Below are positions 20,066 through 28,283 of a stretch of DNA of 64,000 nucleotides, piece after piece. Source of the stretch: Synergistota bacterium. Its GTDB lineage: Bacteria > Synergistota > Synergistia > Synergistales > 79-D21. The DNA lies in NCBI GenBank assembly GCA_022839995.1, contig JALHIN010000008.1, positions 120-64,119 on the forward strand, in the 5' to 3' direction. The notes below the pieces were generated by a model that worked only from the letters and a program-made list of their open reading frames with translations, had not been told where the DNA came from and made no database searches. The translations under genes and the position numbers were made by a program. Every line of letters begins with the position of its first letter. Position 1 is the first letter of the stretch.

Positions 20066-21445
20066 ATGTCCTACACGTGTGGCCGGTGTTTCAATGTCAC
20101 TCCGGAAGAGGTTTTCCCGACGATCGAGACAACGCTTTTGCGAGATGGGTTCGACATCATCATCGACATGGAAAAATCGAAGGGGAGCCATATCGTGAAC
20201 CTGAAGGATGGGGCGGAATGGCTCGACTTTTATACCTTCTTTGCCTCGGCTCCGTTCGGGATGAACCATCCCATGCTCACCACGGACGAGTTCAAGGAGC
20301 GGATCTTCAGAGCCGCTATCAACAAAGTCGCAAGTTCCGATATTTACACGATGGAAATGGCAGACTTCATGAAGACGTTCAACGAAGTGGCGAAACCCGA
20401 GGGGTTCAACCACACGTTTTTCATCGATTATGGAACCCTCGCTGTTGAGAACACCTTCAAGACGTCCATGGACTGGAAAGTCCGAAAACTCCTGAAGGCA
20501 GGCAAGGTCAGCAAGGGAGACGCCATCGATGGCAAAAAGGGCACGAAAGTGATCCATTTCCGCGACGCGTTCCACGGCCGCAGCGGATATACTCTCTCCA
20601 CGACCAACACCTACGATCCCAACAAATACCAGTATTTCGCGAAGTTCGACTGGCCTCGTATCATCCCGCCGAAGATCACCTGGCCCCTCGAGCAGAACCT
20701 GGCCAACGTGGAGTGGCTGGAGGAAGTCGCGGTCAGCCAGATCAAGAAGGCCATCTGGAGCAACCCGGATGACATCTGCGCCCTGATCATCGAAACGATC
20801 CAGGGAGAGGGTGGGGACAACCAGTTCCGTACCGAGTTCTTCAAGCAGTTGAGGCAGATCTGCGATGAGAACGAGATCATCCTGATTTTCGACGAAGTCC
20901 AGTGCGGGATGGGCATCACCGGGAAAATGTGGGCATGGGAGCACCACGCCCCCGTCAAGCCCGACATTTTCAGCTTTGGCAAGAAAGCCCAGATTTGCGG
21001 ATTCGTAGCTGGCCCCCGCTTTGACGAACTGGAAGAGAACTGCTTCACGGTCTCCAGCCGAATCAACTCGACCTGGGGTGGGAACGTGGTCGACATGGTG
21101 AGAGCCCAGCGTTACCTCGAGATCTACCGCGAAGAGAAGATCCTGGATTACGTAAGCAACGTGGCGGGACCGCGACTTCTCAACGGCCTGCTCGAAATCC
21201 AGAAGGAATTCCCCGACATGGTCAGGAACACGAGAGGCAAGGGCCTCATGTGCGCCTTCGATCTCGCGACGCACGAACTCCGGGACAAGGTGCTCCGCGC
21301 CTGCTGGGAGGAGAAGATGCTCATCCTGCCGTGCAGCACGCAGTCCATCCGCTTCCGCCCGGCTCTCAACGTGCCCACGGAAGACCTCGACAAGGGACTC
21401 GAAATCGTTCGCAAAGCTCTCAAGAAGGTCAAGGGCTGCTGCTAA
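20066..21445 (+). CDS. lat: L-lysine 6-transaminase (L-lysine-epsilon aminotransferase)
   Basis: ATG 20066 after AAGGAGGA. Motifs recalled from characterised LAT enzymes: FASAPFGMNHP, FHGRSGYTLS, FDWPRI, IQGEGGD, FDEVQCGMG, FGKK (PLP Lys), NSTWGGN. Confidence 0.88.
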   Translation: MSYTCGRCFNVTPEEVFPTIETTLLRDGFDIIIDMEKSKGSHIVNLKDGAEWLDFYTFFASAPFGMNHPMLTTDEFKERIFRAAINKVASSDIYTMEMADFMKTFNEVAKPEGFNHTFFIDYGTLAVENTFKTSMDWKVRKLLKAGKVSKGDAIDGKKGTKVIHFRDAFHGRSGYTLSTTNTYDPNKYQYFAKFDWPRIIPPKITWPLEQNLANVEWLEEVAVSQIKKAIWSNPDDICALIIETIQGEGGDNQFRTEFFKQLRQICDENEIILIFDEVQCGMGITGKMWAWEHHAPVKPDIFSFGKKAQICGFVAGPRFDELEENCFTVSSRINSTWGGNVVDMVRAQRYLEIYREEKILDYVSNVAGPRLLNGLLEIQKEFPDMVRNTRGKGLMCAFDLATHELRDKVLRACWEEKMLILPCSTQSIRFRPALNVPTEDLDKGLEIVRKALKKVKGCC

Positions 21446-21485
21446 ACGAAGGAGAACGGAAATCCCCTTTTTAGAAATCGGAGAA

Positions 21486-21525
21486 CCGTGGAGGGGGCAG
21501 CAGAAGCTGCCCCCTCCACGGTTTT
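21486..21525 (+). terminator. intrinsic terminator after lat
   Basis: 16-bp perfect GC-rich stem CCGTGGAGGGGGCAGC/GCTGCCCCCTCCACGG, AGAA loop, then TTTT. Confidence 0.85.
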
Positions 21526-21637
21526 GGATGACAAAAAACAGGGAATTCGACTGATTTTCAGTACGGAACTTTTATGGTAGGCTTTAGCCGGTTTAAAATC
21601 CCTGAAGTTTGGCAAAAGCGGGAAAGAGGACGGGAAA

Positions 21638-22840
21638 TTGCGGGACTTTCTTGGAGAACTCAACTGGATGCTGATCCTTTCGCTGATTGGAGCCAGTGCA
21701 ATCGTGGCTTACGTCGGTGATGTCGTGGGCATGAGAATCGGCAAGAAAAGGATCTCTCTCTTTGGGCTTCGCCCCCGCTACACTTCCTCCTTCATCACCG
21801 TCCTGACCGGCATTCTAATAACGATCGTGACCCTTTGGCTCGTCTCGATGACATCGGAAACCGTGAGGACGGCGCTTTTCAGCATGAAATTCGTCCAAAG
21901 GCAGATCACGCAGCTGACGTCTCAACTCCAGGAAAGCCGCCAGGAAATGCAGGAAATGGAATTCAAGCTTTTCGCCAGCCAGGAAGAGCTCCAGAAAAAG
22001 CAGGGGGAATTGAAAGCTGCACAGGAAAAGTTCGATAGAGCCCTGGCCCAGCTTGAGCAGGTCAGGAAGGACTTGAAAGCCCAGACCGAACGGGCGCAGG
22101 TTGTAGAAGCCGAAAGGATTCGCCTGGAAGAAGAACTGAAGGGACTGGAAAACAGGCGCGCTTCGCTGGAAAAATCCGTTTCCTCCCTGAGAGCCGAGAT
22201 GGAATCCCTCAAGAAAGGTCTGGAACAGGTGCGTGAAGGCCGCATCATCGTCCTGGCCAAGGAAATCCTGAGCCAGGTCCCGTTGTCGCCCAGAAGCAGC
22301 AAGGAAGCCGTTCGGCTGGCGCTTCGAACGCTGGTTGAACAGGCGAGAGCCGAGCTTGCATTCCGTTCGGGGTTGAAACCGGAGCAGGTCCAGATCGTGT
22401 CCGAGCGGGAAAGAGAATTGGAAAACCCCGATCCCTTCACAGGGAACCCGGAGCGCATCGTACTCCGGCTTGTTGCGGAATCAAATGCGGTTCGTGAAGA
22501 ACCCGTGATTGTTTCTGTCGAGTCCCATCCCAGCCGGTTGATCTTCAAGAAAGGGCAGGAACTGGGAAGGCGCAAAATCCAGGGGCAGCTCAAGAGGGAA
22601 GAAGCGGAAAGGGAACTGTTCCTTCTCCTGAGAGAGGTCAACGCTTTTTCCGTCAAGGAAGGGGTCATCCCGGATCCCCTCAAGGGGACCGTCGGGAACC
22701 TGTCTGCGGCGGACTTCTACGGTTCGGTGGAAAGGATCGTCGAAAGCGATGTCCCCTCGTGGGTGATCGTTCAAACGGAAGAAGACGTGTTCAGTGAGGG
22801 GCCGGTTCGGGTTAGAATTGTCCTGAAAAAGGTCTCCTAA
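21638..22840 (+). CDS. membrane-anchored coiled-coil protein, DUF3084-like
   Basis: N-terminal TM plus VGDVVGMRIGKKRISLFGLRPRYTS...ITVLTG motif, second TM, then about 150 aa of heptad-like E/K/Q/L-rich sequence. Family assignment is from memory. Confidence 0.55.
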   Translation: MRDFLGELNWMLILSLIGASAIVAYVGDVVGMRIGKKRISLFGLRPRYTSSFITVLTGILITIVTLWLVSMTSETVRTALFSMKFVQRQITQLTSQLQESRQEMQEMEFKLFASQEELQKKQGELKAAQEKFDRALAQLEQVRKDLKAQTERAQVVEAERIRLEEELKGLENRRASLEKSVSSLRAEMESLKKGLEQVREGRIIVLAKEILSQVPLSPRSSKEAVRLALRTLVEQARAELAFRSGLKPEQVQIVSERERELENPDPFTGNPERIVLRLVAESNAVREEPVIVSVESHPSRLIFKKGQELGRRKIQGQLKREEAERELFLLLREVNAFSVKEGVIPDPLKGTVGNLSAADFYGSVERIVESDVPSWVIVQTEEDVFSEGPVRVRIVLKKVS

Positions 22841-22879
22841 GCCGGCTTATCGAGCTTATCGAGAGGGGAAGGATTGGGA

Positions 22880-23098
22880 ATGCTGATCGTTGCGTGCCAG
22901 GTTTGCGGCAGCGTCAGGATCTTGCCGGGAACACCCGACAGTGACGGAATGGCCCGGGCTACCTGGATCTGTGAAAGTTGCGGAACCGGCCAGGTCTTGC
23001 AGCTTTCCGTCAGTGCGGATGCCAGAGGCGGAGATCTTCGGCGCATCCTCGGGGGGATGGCCTTTGCCTGCAGCGAGGATCCCGTCCGCGTGAACTGA
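22880..23098 (+). CDS. small zinc-ribbon-like protein (72 aa), hypothetical
   Basis: CQVCG...CESCG pair of CxxC knuckles. ATG 22880 lies 6-7 nt after GAGAGGGGAAGGA. Stop overlaps the downstream GNAT start (ATGA). Confidence 0.5.
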   Translation: MLIVACQVCGSVRILPGTPDSDGMARATWICESCGTGQVLQLSVSADARGGDLRRILGGMAFACSEDPVRVN

Positions 23099-23532
23099 TG
23101 GGAATGTCGCTGGAAAAAGGTTACCTGTTCTACGACAGCAAGCTGGCGGTCAAAGCCGACGAGCTACAGGACCTTTACCGGTTTACGCGTTGGGGTCGGA
23201 GTCGTTCCCTGGACCAGATCGAAAGGATGCTTGCCGGCACGAGCATCTGTTTTTCCGCCAGGCACGAGGAGGGTCGGCTGGTCGCCTTCTGCCGCATCCT
23301 GACCGATTTTGTTTTTAGGGCCTCGCTGTGGGATGTGCTGGTCCATCCCGACCACCAGGGGAAAGGGCTCGGGACGGCCTTGATCCGTTACGCGGTCGAG
23401 CACCCCGCGATACGGGACATTCCGCTGGTAGTCACCTACACGAGCGAGCTTGCACCGTTTCTGGCTCAGCTCGGTTTCGAGCCGAAAGAAGGGCTCTTGA
23501 TGCTCCTTCGTTGCCCGATCGAGTATTCCTGA
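23098..23532 (+). CDS. GNAT-family N-acetyltransferase (144 aa)
   Basis: [17 protein letters not shown] acetyl-CoA binding motif (Q/RxxGxG/A). ATG 23098 inside track ORF 22978. Confidence 0.8.
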   Translation: MGMSLEKGYLFYDSKLAVKADELQDLYRFTRWGRSRSLDQIERMLAGTSICFSARHEEGRLVAFCRILTDFVFRASLWDVLVHPDHQGKGLGTALIRYAVEHPAIRDIPLVVTYTSELAPFLAQLGFEPKEGLLMLLRCPIEYS

Positions 23533-23580
23533 GCGATGGAAAGGCCGATGGAGGAAGTCCCCTGAAAGGAAGGCTTCACT

Positions 23581-23622
23581 GCCCTTCACCCCGAGAATCA
23601 CACGGGGGAGGGCTACTTTTTT
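23581..23622 (+). terminator. terminator-like hairpin plus U-tract, ending 20 nt before the metK ATG
   Basis: GCCCTTCACCCCG / CGGGGGAGGGC (11 bp with two single-nt bulges), 9-nt loop, then TACTTTTTT. SD GAGGAGG follows immediately. Confidence 0.6.
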
Positions 23623-23641
23623 GAGGAGGTGCGGCAGGTTG

Positions 23642-24850
23642 ATGAAAAACGAAAGGAGCTTCATCACTTCTGAGTCCGTGACGGAGGGACACCCCGACAA
23701 GCTTGCGGACCAGATTTCAGACGGAGTCCTGGATGCGATCCTGAAGGAGGATCCCATGGGCCGGGTGGCCTGCGAATGCATGGTCGCGACCGGCCTGGTG
23801 ATGGTGGCAGGCCAAATTACCACCGAGTGTTACGTCGACATTCCAAGTCTTGCCCGTAAGATCGTCAAAGAAATCGGGTACACGAGGGCGAAATATGGCT
23901 TCGACGGAGACACCTGCGCTGTCCTGACCGCCATCGACGAGCAATCCAAGGATATCGCCCAGGGCGTGGACCGGGCCCTGGAAGTCCGCCAGGAATCCCA
24001 CATGAGCGAAGCGGAGATCGATCGGATTGGGGCAGGAGACCAGGGGATGATGATCGGTTACGCTTCCAACGAGACGGAAGAATACCTGCCGCTTCCGATT
24101 GCTCTGGCGCACCGCCTGTCCAGGGGGCTCGCCGCGCTAAGGAAGGAAAAGGTTTTGCCCTATCTCCGTCCTGACGGGAAAACCCAGGTGACGGTCGAAT
24201 ACCAGGGAGACAAGCCGGTTCGAGTCGAAACCGTTGTGGTTTCCACGCAGCACCATCCGGCGGTGGACCAGGCAGAGATCGAGGCGGACCTCGTCGAGAG
24301 GCTTATCCTGCCGACGATTCCAGAATATTTGAGGGAGAGAAAACCCAGGATCCTGGTCAATCCGACGGGACGTTTTGTCCAGGGAGGCCCTCTCGCCGAT
24401 ACGGGACTGACCGGCAGGAAAATCATCGTGGACACTTACGGGGGAGTCGTGCCGCATGGAGGGGGTTGCTTCTCTGGCAAAGATCCCACGAAGGTGGACC
24501 GGTCGGCAGCCTATATGACCCGCTACGCCGCGAAGAACCTGGTCGCCGCAGGGCTTGCGGAGAAGTGCCAGATCCAGGTGGCGTATGCCATCGGGGTTGC
24601 CCACCCTGTTTCCCTGATGGTCCATACCTACGGAACGGGAAAGCTTCCGGACGATACCTTGACCCGGCTCGTATCCGAGGTCTTCGACTTTAGGCCCGCT
24701 GCGATCATACGGGACCTGGACCTGCGCAAGCCGCAATACCGGCGCCTGGCGGCCTATGGACACATGGGGCGCGTGGACCTGAACCCTCTGCCTGCCTGGG
24801 AGAGGCTGGACCGGGTCGAACAGCTGTCCGCCGCGGCCAAGAGGGCCTGA
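23642..24850 (+). CDS. metK: S-adenosylmethionine synthetase
   Basis: [38 protein letters not shown] canonical MetK motifs; ATG 23642 inside track ORF 23621. Confidence 0.97.
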   Translation: MKNERSFITSESVTEGHPDKLADQISDGVLDAILKEDPMGRVACECMVATGLVMVAGQITTECYVDIPSLARKIVKEIGYTRAKYGFDGDTCAVLTAIDEQSKDIAQGVDRALEVRQESHMSEAEIDRIGAGDQGMMIGYASNETEEYLPLPIALAHRLSRGLAALRKEKVLPYLRPDGKTQVTVEYQGDKPVRVETVVVSTQHHPAVDQAEIEADLVERLILPTIPEYLRERKPRILVNPTGRFVQGGPLADTGLTGRKIIVDTYGGVVPHGGGCFSGKDPTKVDRSAAYMTRYAAKNLVAAGLAEKCQIQVAYAIGVAHPVSLMVHTYGTGKLPDDTLTRLVSEVFDFRPAAIIRDLDLRKPQYRRLAAYGHMGRVDLNPLPAWERLDRVEQLSAAAKRA

Positions 24851-24868
24851 GATCAACCCGGCTCGACC

Positions 24869-25585
24869 ATGAAGGGCAGGTTGGAGGCCGTCGCCCAGCA
24901 AGCATGGGAAATCGCCTGCCATTTCCTGTGGCCCACGGCCTGCCCTCTATGCGGAAGGATCGGAAGCGATGGTTGCCCAGCCTGCCTGGACGGACTCCTC
25001 CTTGAAATGCCGAAGCGTTGCCTTTGGTGCGGGGGTGGAACCTTTCCCTGTGGAGTTTTTTCGCACAACGCTTTCCTCTGCGCCGGAACCTGGCATGAAG
25101 GACAGGCACGCGAACTGGTGCACCTGGCAAAGTATTCCGGGCACCGGCGGCTGGCCTTCGAAATGGGGAGGTCCCTGTCGCGGCTCTACAGGGAAGATCC
25201 TTCCGTTGCCCTGGTTCCTGTCCCGCTGCATCAGGGATCGAGCCGTTCCTACAACCAGGCGGAACTGCTGGCACGAGGGATGTCCGAAGAATGGGGGGTG
25301 CCGGTTGTCGAAGGGTTGAAATGGGCTCTCCCCTTTCCTTCGCAGGTTGGTAGAAGTGCCTTTGAAAGGAGGGCGCTGCCCAAGGGAGCCTTCCGCTGGG
25401 CAGGCCCCAGTCTTGGAAGGGACGTGCTGATCGTTGACGATGTCTGCACGACGGGTATGACCTTGCTCAGGGCAGCGGAAGCCCTAAGGGATGCCGGGAT
25501 CCGGGTGAAAGGCGCCTATTGCTGGTCCTTGAGCCCGATGGAAACGCTGACCGTTAGCTGGAAGGGAAAGACAGACGTTGGATAG
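24869..25585 (+). CDS. comFC: ComF-family protein (ComFC-like phosphoribosyltransferase with N-terminal Zn finger)
   Basis: CPLCG...CPAC N-terminal Cys pairs, LVPVPLH...YNQAELLA, VLIVDDVCTTGMT PRTase motif. Confidence 0.85.
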   Translation: MKGRLEAVAQQAWEIACHFLWPTACPLCGRIGSDGCPACLDGLLLEMPKRCLWCGGGTFPCGVFSHNAFLCAGTWHEGQARELVHLAKYSGHRRLAFEMGRSLSRLYREDPSVALVPVPLHQGSSRSYNQAELLARGMSEEWGVPVVEGLKWALPFPSQVGRSAFERRALPKGAFRWAGPSLGRDVLIVDDVCTTGMTLLRAAEALRDAGIRVKGAYCWSLSPMETLTVSWKGKTDVG

Positions 25586-25895
25586 AGTCAAGGGAAGGAT
25601 TTTAGCCTCGCGGTGGAGCCGCATTTTTTTCTGGGTTTCGATCCTGATCGCCCTTGCCTGGGGGCTGCAGCCGTTCTTCATTAGGGCCTTTCGTTGGCAG
25701 AAAGGCCTAGAGACAACGGTTGCCGTTTCCGGGGGAAAATCCGAAATCTTCCTTTTGGCTTTCCTCGTCGTTTGCGGTGGTCTTCTTTTCTGGGTGTTTT
25801 TGGAACGCCTGTTCTGGCGGAAATACTTCCCTACCCAGGAGATGCCCGACCCTCCGGCGAAAACGGGGTTGAAGGAAAAGGGGAGTCACCGGTGA
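25578..25895 (+). CDS. hypothetical small membrane protein (2 predicted TM helices)
   Basis: TTG start overlapping the comFC stop; two hydrophobic stretches (IFFWVSILIALAWGL, IFLLAFLVVCGGLLFWVFL). I recognise no family. Confidence 0.4.
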   Translation: MDRVKGRILASRWSRIFFWVSILIALAWGLQPFFIRAFRWQKGLETTVAVSGGKSEIFLLAFLVVCGGLLFWVFLERLFWRKYFPTQEMPDPPAKTGLKEKGSHR

Positions 25896-26101
25896 TGGAA
25901 CCCCGCGACTTCAACCTTTTTCTCTCGGCAGATTTCCTCGACGGTTGCTTCGCTCTCGCAGGGATAGGTACAAGCCAGCCCGCAACTTGCAGAGAGTTCC
26001 CTCGGGACGGGAACGACCCTCGCAGCAAGGCCGCGCGCTCTGCAAGCCTTTTCGAAAAGGAGAGCCATGTGAGTGGTATCGAACGTCGCAAGACATTCCA
26101 T
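25886..26101 (-). CDS. DUF3343-like small protein (putative S/Se-carrier-related)
   Basis: 71 aa. FDTTHMALLFEKACRARGLAARVVPVPRELSASCGLA resembles the DUF3343 pattern (helix, then PxPRxxSxxCGxA). Family from memory. Confidence 0.55.
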   Translation of the reverse strand: MECLATFDTTHMALLFEKACRARGLAARVVPVPRELSASCGLACTYPCESEATVEEICREKKVEVAGFHHR

Positions 26102-26220
26102 GTTGAAAGACCTCCAGCCAGGTTGGAAAGAGATTGTTACGTAATTATACCTAGACTTCGGAGGTCCGTGAGAGTAGAATCTATCACCGTAGCCCGGAAA
26201 AATCCAAAGGAGGGTGTCTG

Positions 26221-26661
26221 ATGGTTTCGAGCAAGAAAATGGTCCTTTTGGCAGTTCTCTCGGCTTTCATGCTGACGGTCGTCGCCGGTGTTGCCCTGGC
26301 AGATGAGAAAATCGGCGTGATCGAGCCGCAGAAGGTTCTCTTCCAGCACCCGAAGATGGCGCAAGTGCAGAAGCAGGTCCAGGCGGTTGTCCAGAAGAAG
26401 CAGGAAGAGGCGAAAACGGCCATCGACAAGGAACAGGATAACAAGAAGAAGGCAGAGATCTACCAGACGAAGCGGAAAGAGGCGGCAACCGAGGAGCAGA
26501 AACTGATGGCCCCGCTTTTCAAGGATATCGACCTCGCGATCCGTTCGGTTGCAAAGGCCAAGGGGCTCACGATCGTTCTAGACAAAGCTCAGGTCTTCAT
26601 GGGCGGCATCGATATCACCGACGATGTGATCCAGGAACTGAAGAAGAAGTTCTCCAACTAG
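26221..26661 (+). CDS. OmpH/Skp-family periplasmic chaperone
   Basis: Signal peptide (LLAVLSAFMLTVVAGVALA), then a K/Q/E-rich helical protein ending KGLTIVLDK...V..G.DIT, typical of OmpH. Confidence 0.75.
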   Translation: MVSSKKMVLLAVLSAFMLTVVAGVALADEKIGVIEPQKVLFQHPKMAQVQKQVQAVVQKKQEEAKTAIDKEQDNKKKAEIYQTKRKEAATEEQKLMAPLFKDIDLAIRSVAKAKGLTIVLDKAQVFMGGIDITDDVIQELKKKFSN

Positions 26662-26685
26662 ACGCGCCATTTTTGACGAGCGGAT

Positions 26686-26733
26686 AAAAAAAGGGGAGAG
26701 GCGGGTTCTTGCGGTCCGCCTCTCCCCTTTTTT
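26686..26733. terminator. bidirectional intrinsic terminator between convergent skp-like gene and livF
   Basis: AAAAAAA - GGGGAGAGGCGG - 11-nt loop - CCGCCTCTCCCC - TTTTTT. The A-run and T-run flank a 12-bp stem. Confidence 0.85.
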
Positions 26734-26760
26734 ATCCGCAATCCTTTGAAAACGCCTCGA

Positions 26761-27507
26761 TTAATGGGCTTTTTTCCCAGTCCCGAGATAAGCGGCCTGG
26801 ATTTCCGGGTTGTGGAGGAGGTCTTTTGCGTCCCCTTCCATGACGAGCTGCCCTGTCTGCATGACATATCCCCGGTGGGATAGCAGGAGGGCCTGCCGTG
26901 CGTTCTGTTCAACGAGAAGGATCGTCACGCCTTCCTCGTTGATTCGCTTCAGTTCCTTGAAAATGTCCTTGATGATGATCGGAGCCAGTCCCAGGGAGGG
27001 TTCATCGAGAAGAAGCAGCTTCGGGCTGGCCATCAGCGCGCGTCCGATCGCCAGCATTTGCTGCTCTCCCCCGGAAAGGGTGCCGGCGTACTGGGACATC
27101 CTCTCCCGTAGGCGAGGGAAAAGCGTGTAAACCCATTCGAGGTCCTTCTTGACCTTTTCCTTGTCGTTTACCGGGAACGCCCCCATCATGAGGTTTTCGG
27201 ACACCGTCAGCGGAGCGAAAACCTTCCGTCCTTCCGGGGAAAGGGAAAGCCCTTTCGTCACGATCTGGAAACTTTGCCCTTCCAAGGGCTTACCCTCGAA
27301 AAGGATCGTCCCGCTCTGCCTTTTCACGTTTCCCATGATGGCATTCATAAGGGTGGACTTCCCAGCGCCATTCGAGCCGATGACGCAGACGATCTCACCG
27401 GGATAGACGTCCAAGTTAAACCCCCGCAGCGCTTTAATCGCGCCGTAGGAAACGTGCAGGTCCCTCACCGAGAGGAGCGGCTGCTTCGGGTTCGGGGCAT
27501 CCATCAT
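26761..27507 (-). CDS. livF: branched-chain amino acid ABC transporter ATP-binding protein
   Basis: GSNGAGKST Walker A, LSGGEQQMLAIGRAL, LLLDEPSLGLAP typical LivF. Confidence 0.9.
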   Translation of the reverse strand: MMDAPNPKQPLLSVRDLHVSYGAIKALRGFNLDVYPGEIVCVIGSNGAGKSTLMNAIMGNVKRQSGTILFEGKPLEGQSFQIVTKGLSLSPEGRKVFAPLTVSENLMMGAFPVNDKEKVKKDLEWVYTLFPRLRERMSQYAGTLSGGEQQMLAIGRALMASPKLLLLDEPSLGLAPIIIKDIFKELKRINEEGVTILLVEQNARQALLLSHRGYVMQTGQLVMEGDAKDLLHNPEIQAAYLGTGKKAH

Positions 27508-28283
27508 GCTTCCAACACCTCCTCGCCGAGGTAAGCCTTGAGGATTTCGGGGTGGTTCTGGATATGGTCAGGATCCCCCTCAGCGATCTTGGCGCCGAAA
27601 TTCATGCAGATGATGTGCGGGCAGATCTCCATAACCAATTCCATGTGGTGTTCGATGACGAGGATAGTCAGGTCGAAATCCCGGTGAATGGCCGTGATCA
27701 GGCCGTTCAGTTCCTGGACCTCGTCCGGGTTCATCCCTGCCGCGGGTTCGTCCAGAAGGAGAAGGCGGGGCTGCAGCGAGAGGGCCCGGGCGATCTCCAG
27801 GCGTCGCTGGTGTCCATAGGGCAGGGTACCGGCGGCCTGTTCGGCGAGGGCATCCAGGCCAACCCGTTCCAGCAGGGCCATGCTCTGGTCGCGAATCGAC
27901 CTTTCCAGGGACTTCCATCTCCCGAGATGGGAGGCGGCCTCGAAGAAACCGTATTGGTAGTGCTGCTGGCAAGCCGTCATAACATTTTCGAGAACGGTCG
28001 ATCTCGGGAAAAGCCTCAGGTTTTGGAAGGTCCTGGCAATTCCCTTGCGGATAACCTCGTAGGTCTTGTAGGGGGTGATGTCTTCTCCTTCGAAAAGGAT
28101 GGTGCCGCTGTCGACATCGTAAACCCCGGTAATCAGGTTGAAGATCGTGGTCTTTCCTGCACCGTTCGGCCCGATCAGACCGGCAAGCTCGCCTTTTTCA
28201 AGAGAGAAGCTCATGTCCTGGACGGCATGCACCCCTCCGAAGTACTTGTTGACGTGATCAAGCTTAAGGACGGTTTCGCTCAT
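27504..28283 (-). CDS. livG: branched-chain amino acid ABC transporter ATP-binding protein
   Basis: GPNGAGKTT, LPYGHQRRLEIARAL, LLLDEPAAGMNP typical LivG; overlaps livF start. Confidence 0.9.
   Translation of the reverse strand: MSETVLKLDHVNKYFGGVHAVQDMSFSLEKGELAGLIGPNGAGKTTIFNLITGVYDVDSGTILFEGEDITPYKTYEVIRKGIARTFQNLRLFPRSTVLENVMTACQQHYQYGFFEAASHLGRWKSLERSIRDQSMALLERVGLDALAEQAAGTLPYGHQRRLEIARALSLQPRLLLLDEPAAGMNPDEVQELNGLITAIHRDFDLTILVIEHHMELVMEICPHIICMNFGAKIAEGDPDHIQNHPEILKAYLGEEVLEA

Noticed and set aside
23533-23641. Canonical SAM-I (S-box) riboswitch upstream of metK
   Set aside because: Only about 50 nt precede the hairpin, and I could not find the conserved S-box core (e.g. GCAACC). 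The hairpin is kept as a finding, but the riboswitch call itself is not supported.
25694-26221. 175-aa plus-strand ORF covering the DUF3343-like gene and the skp upstream region
   Set aside because: It overlaps two better-supported genes, has no motifs, and has an Arg/Pro-rich composition.
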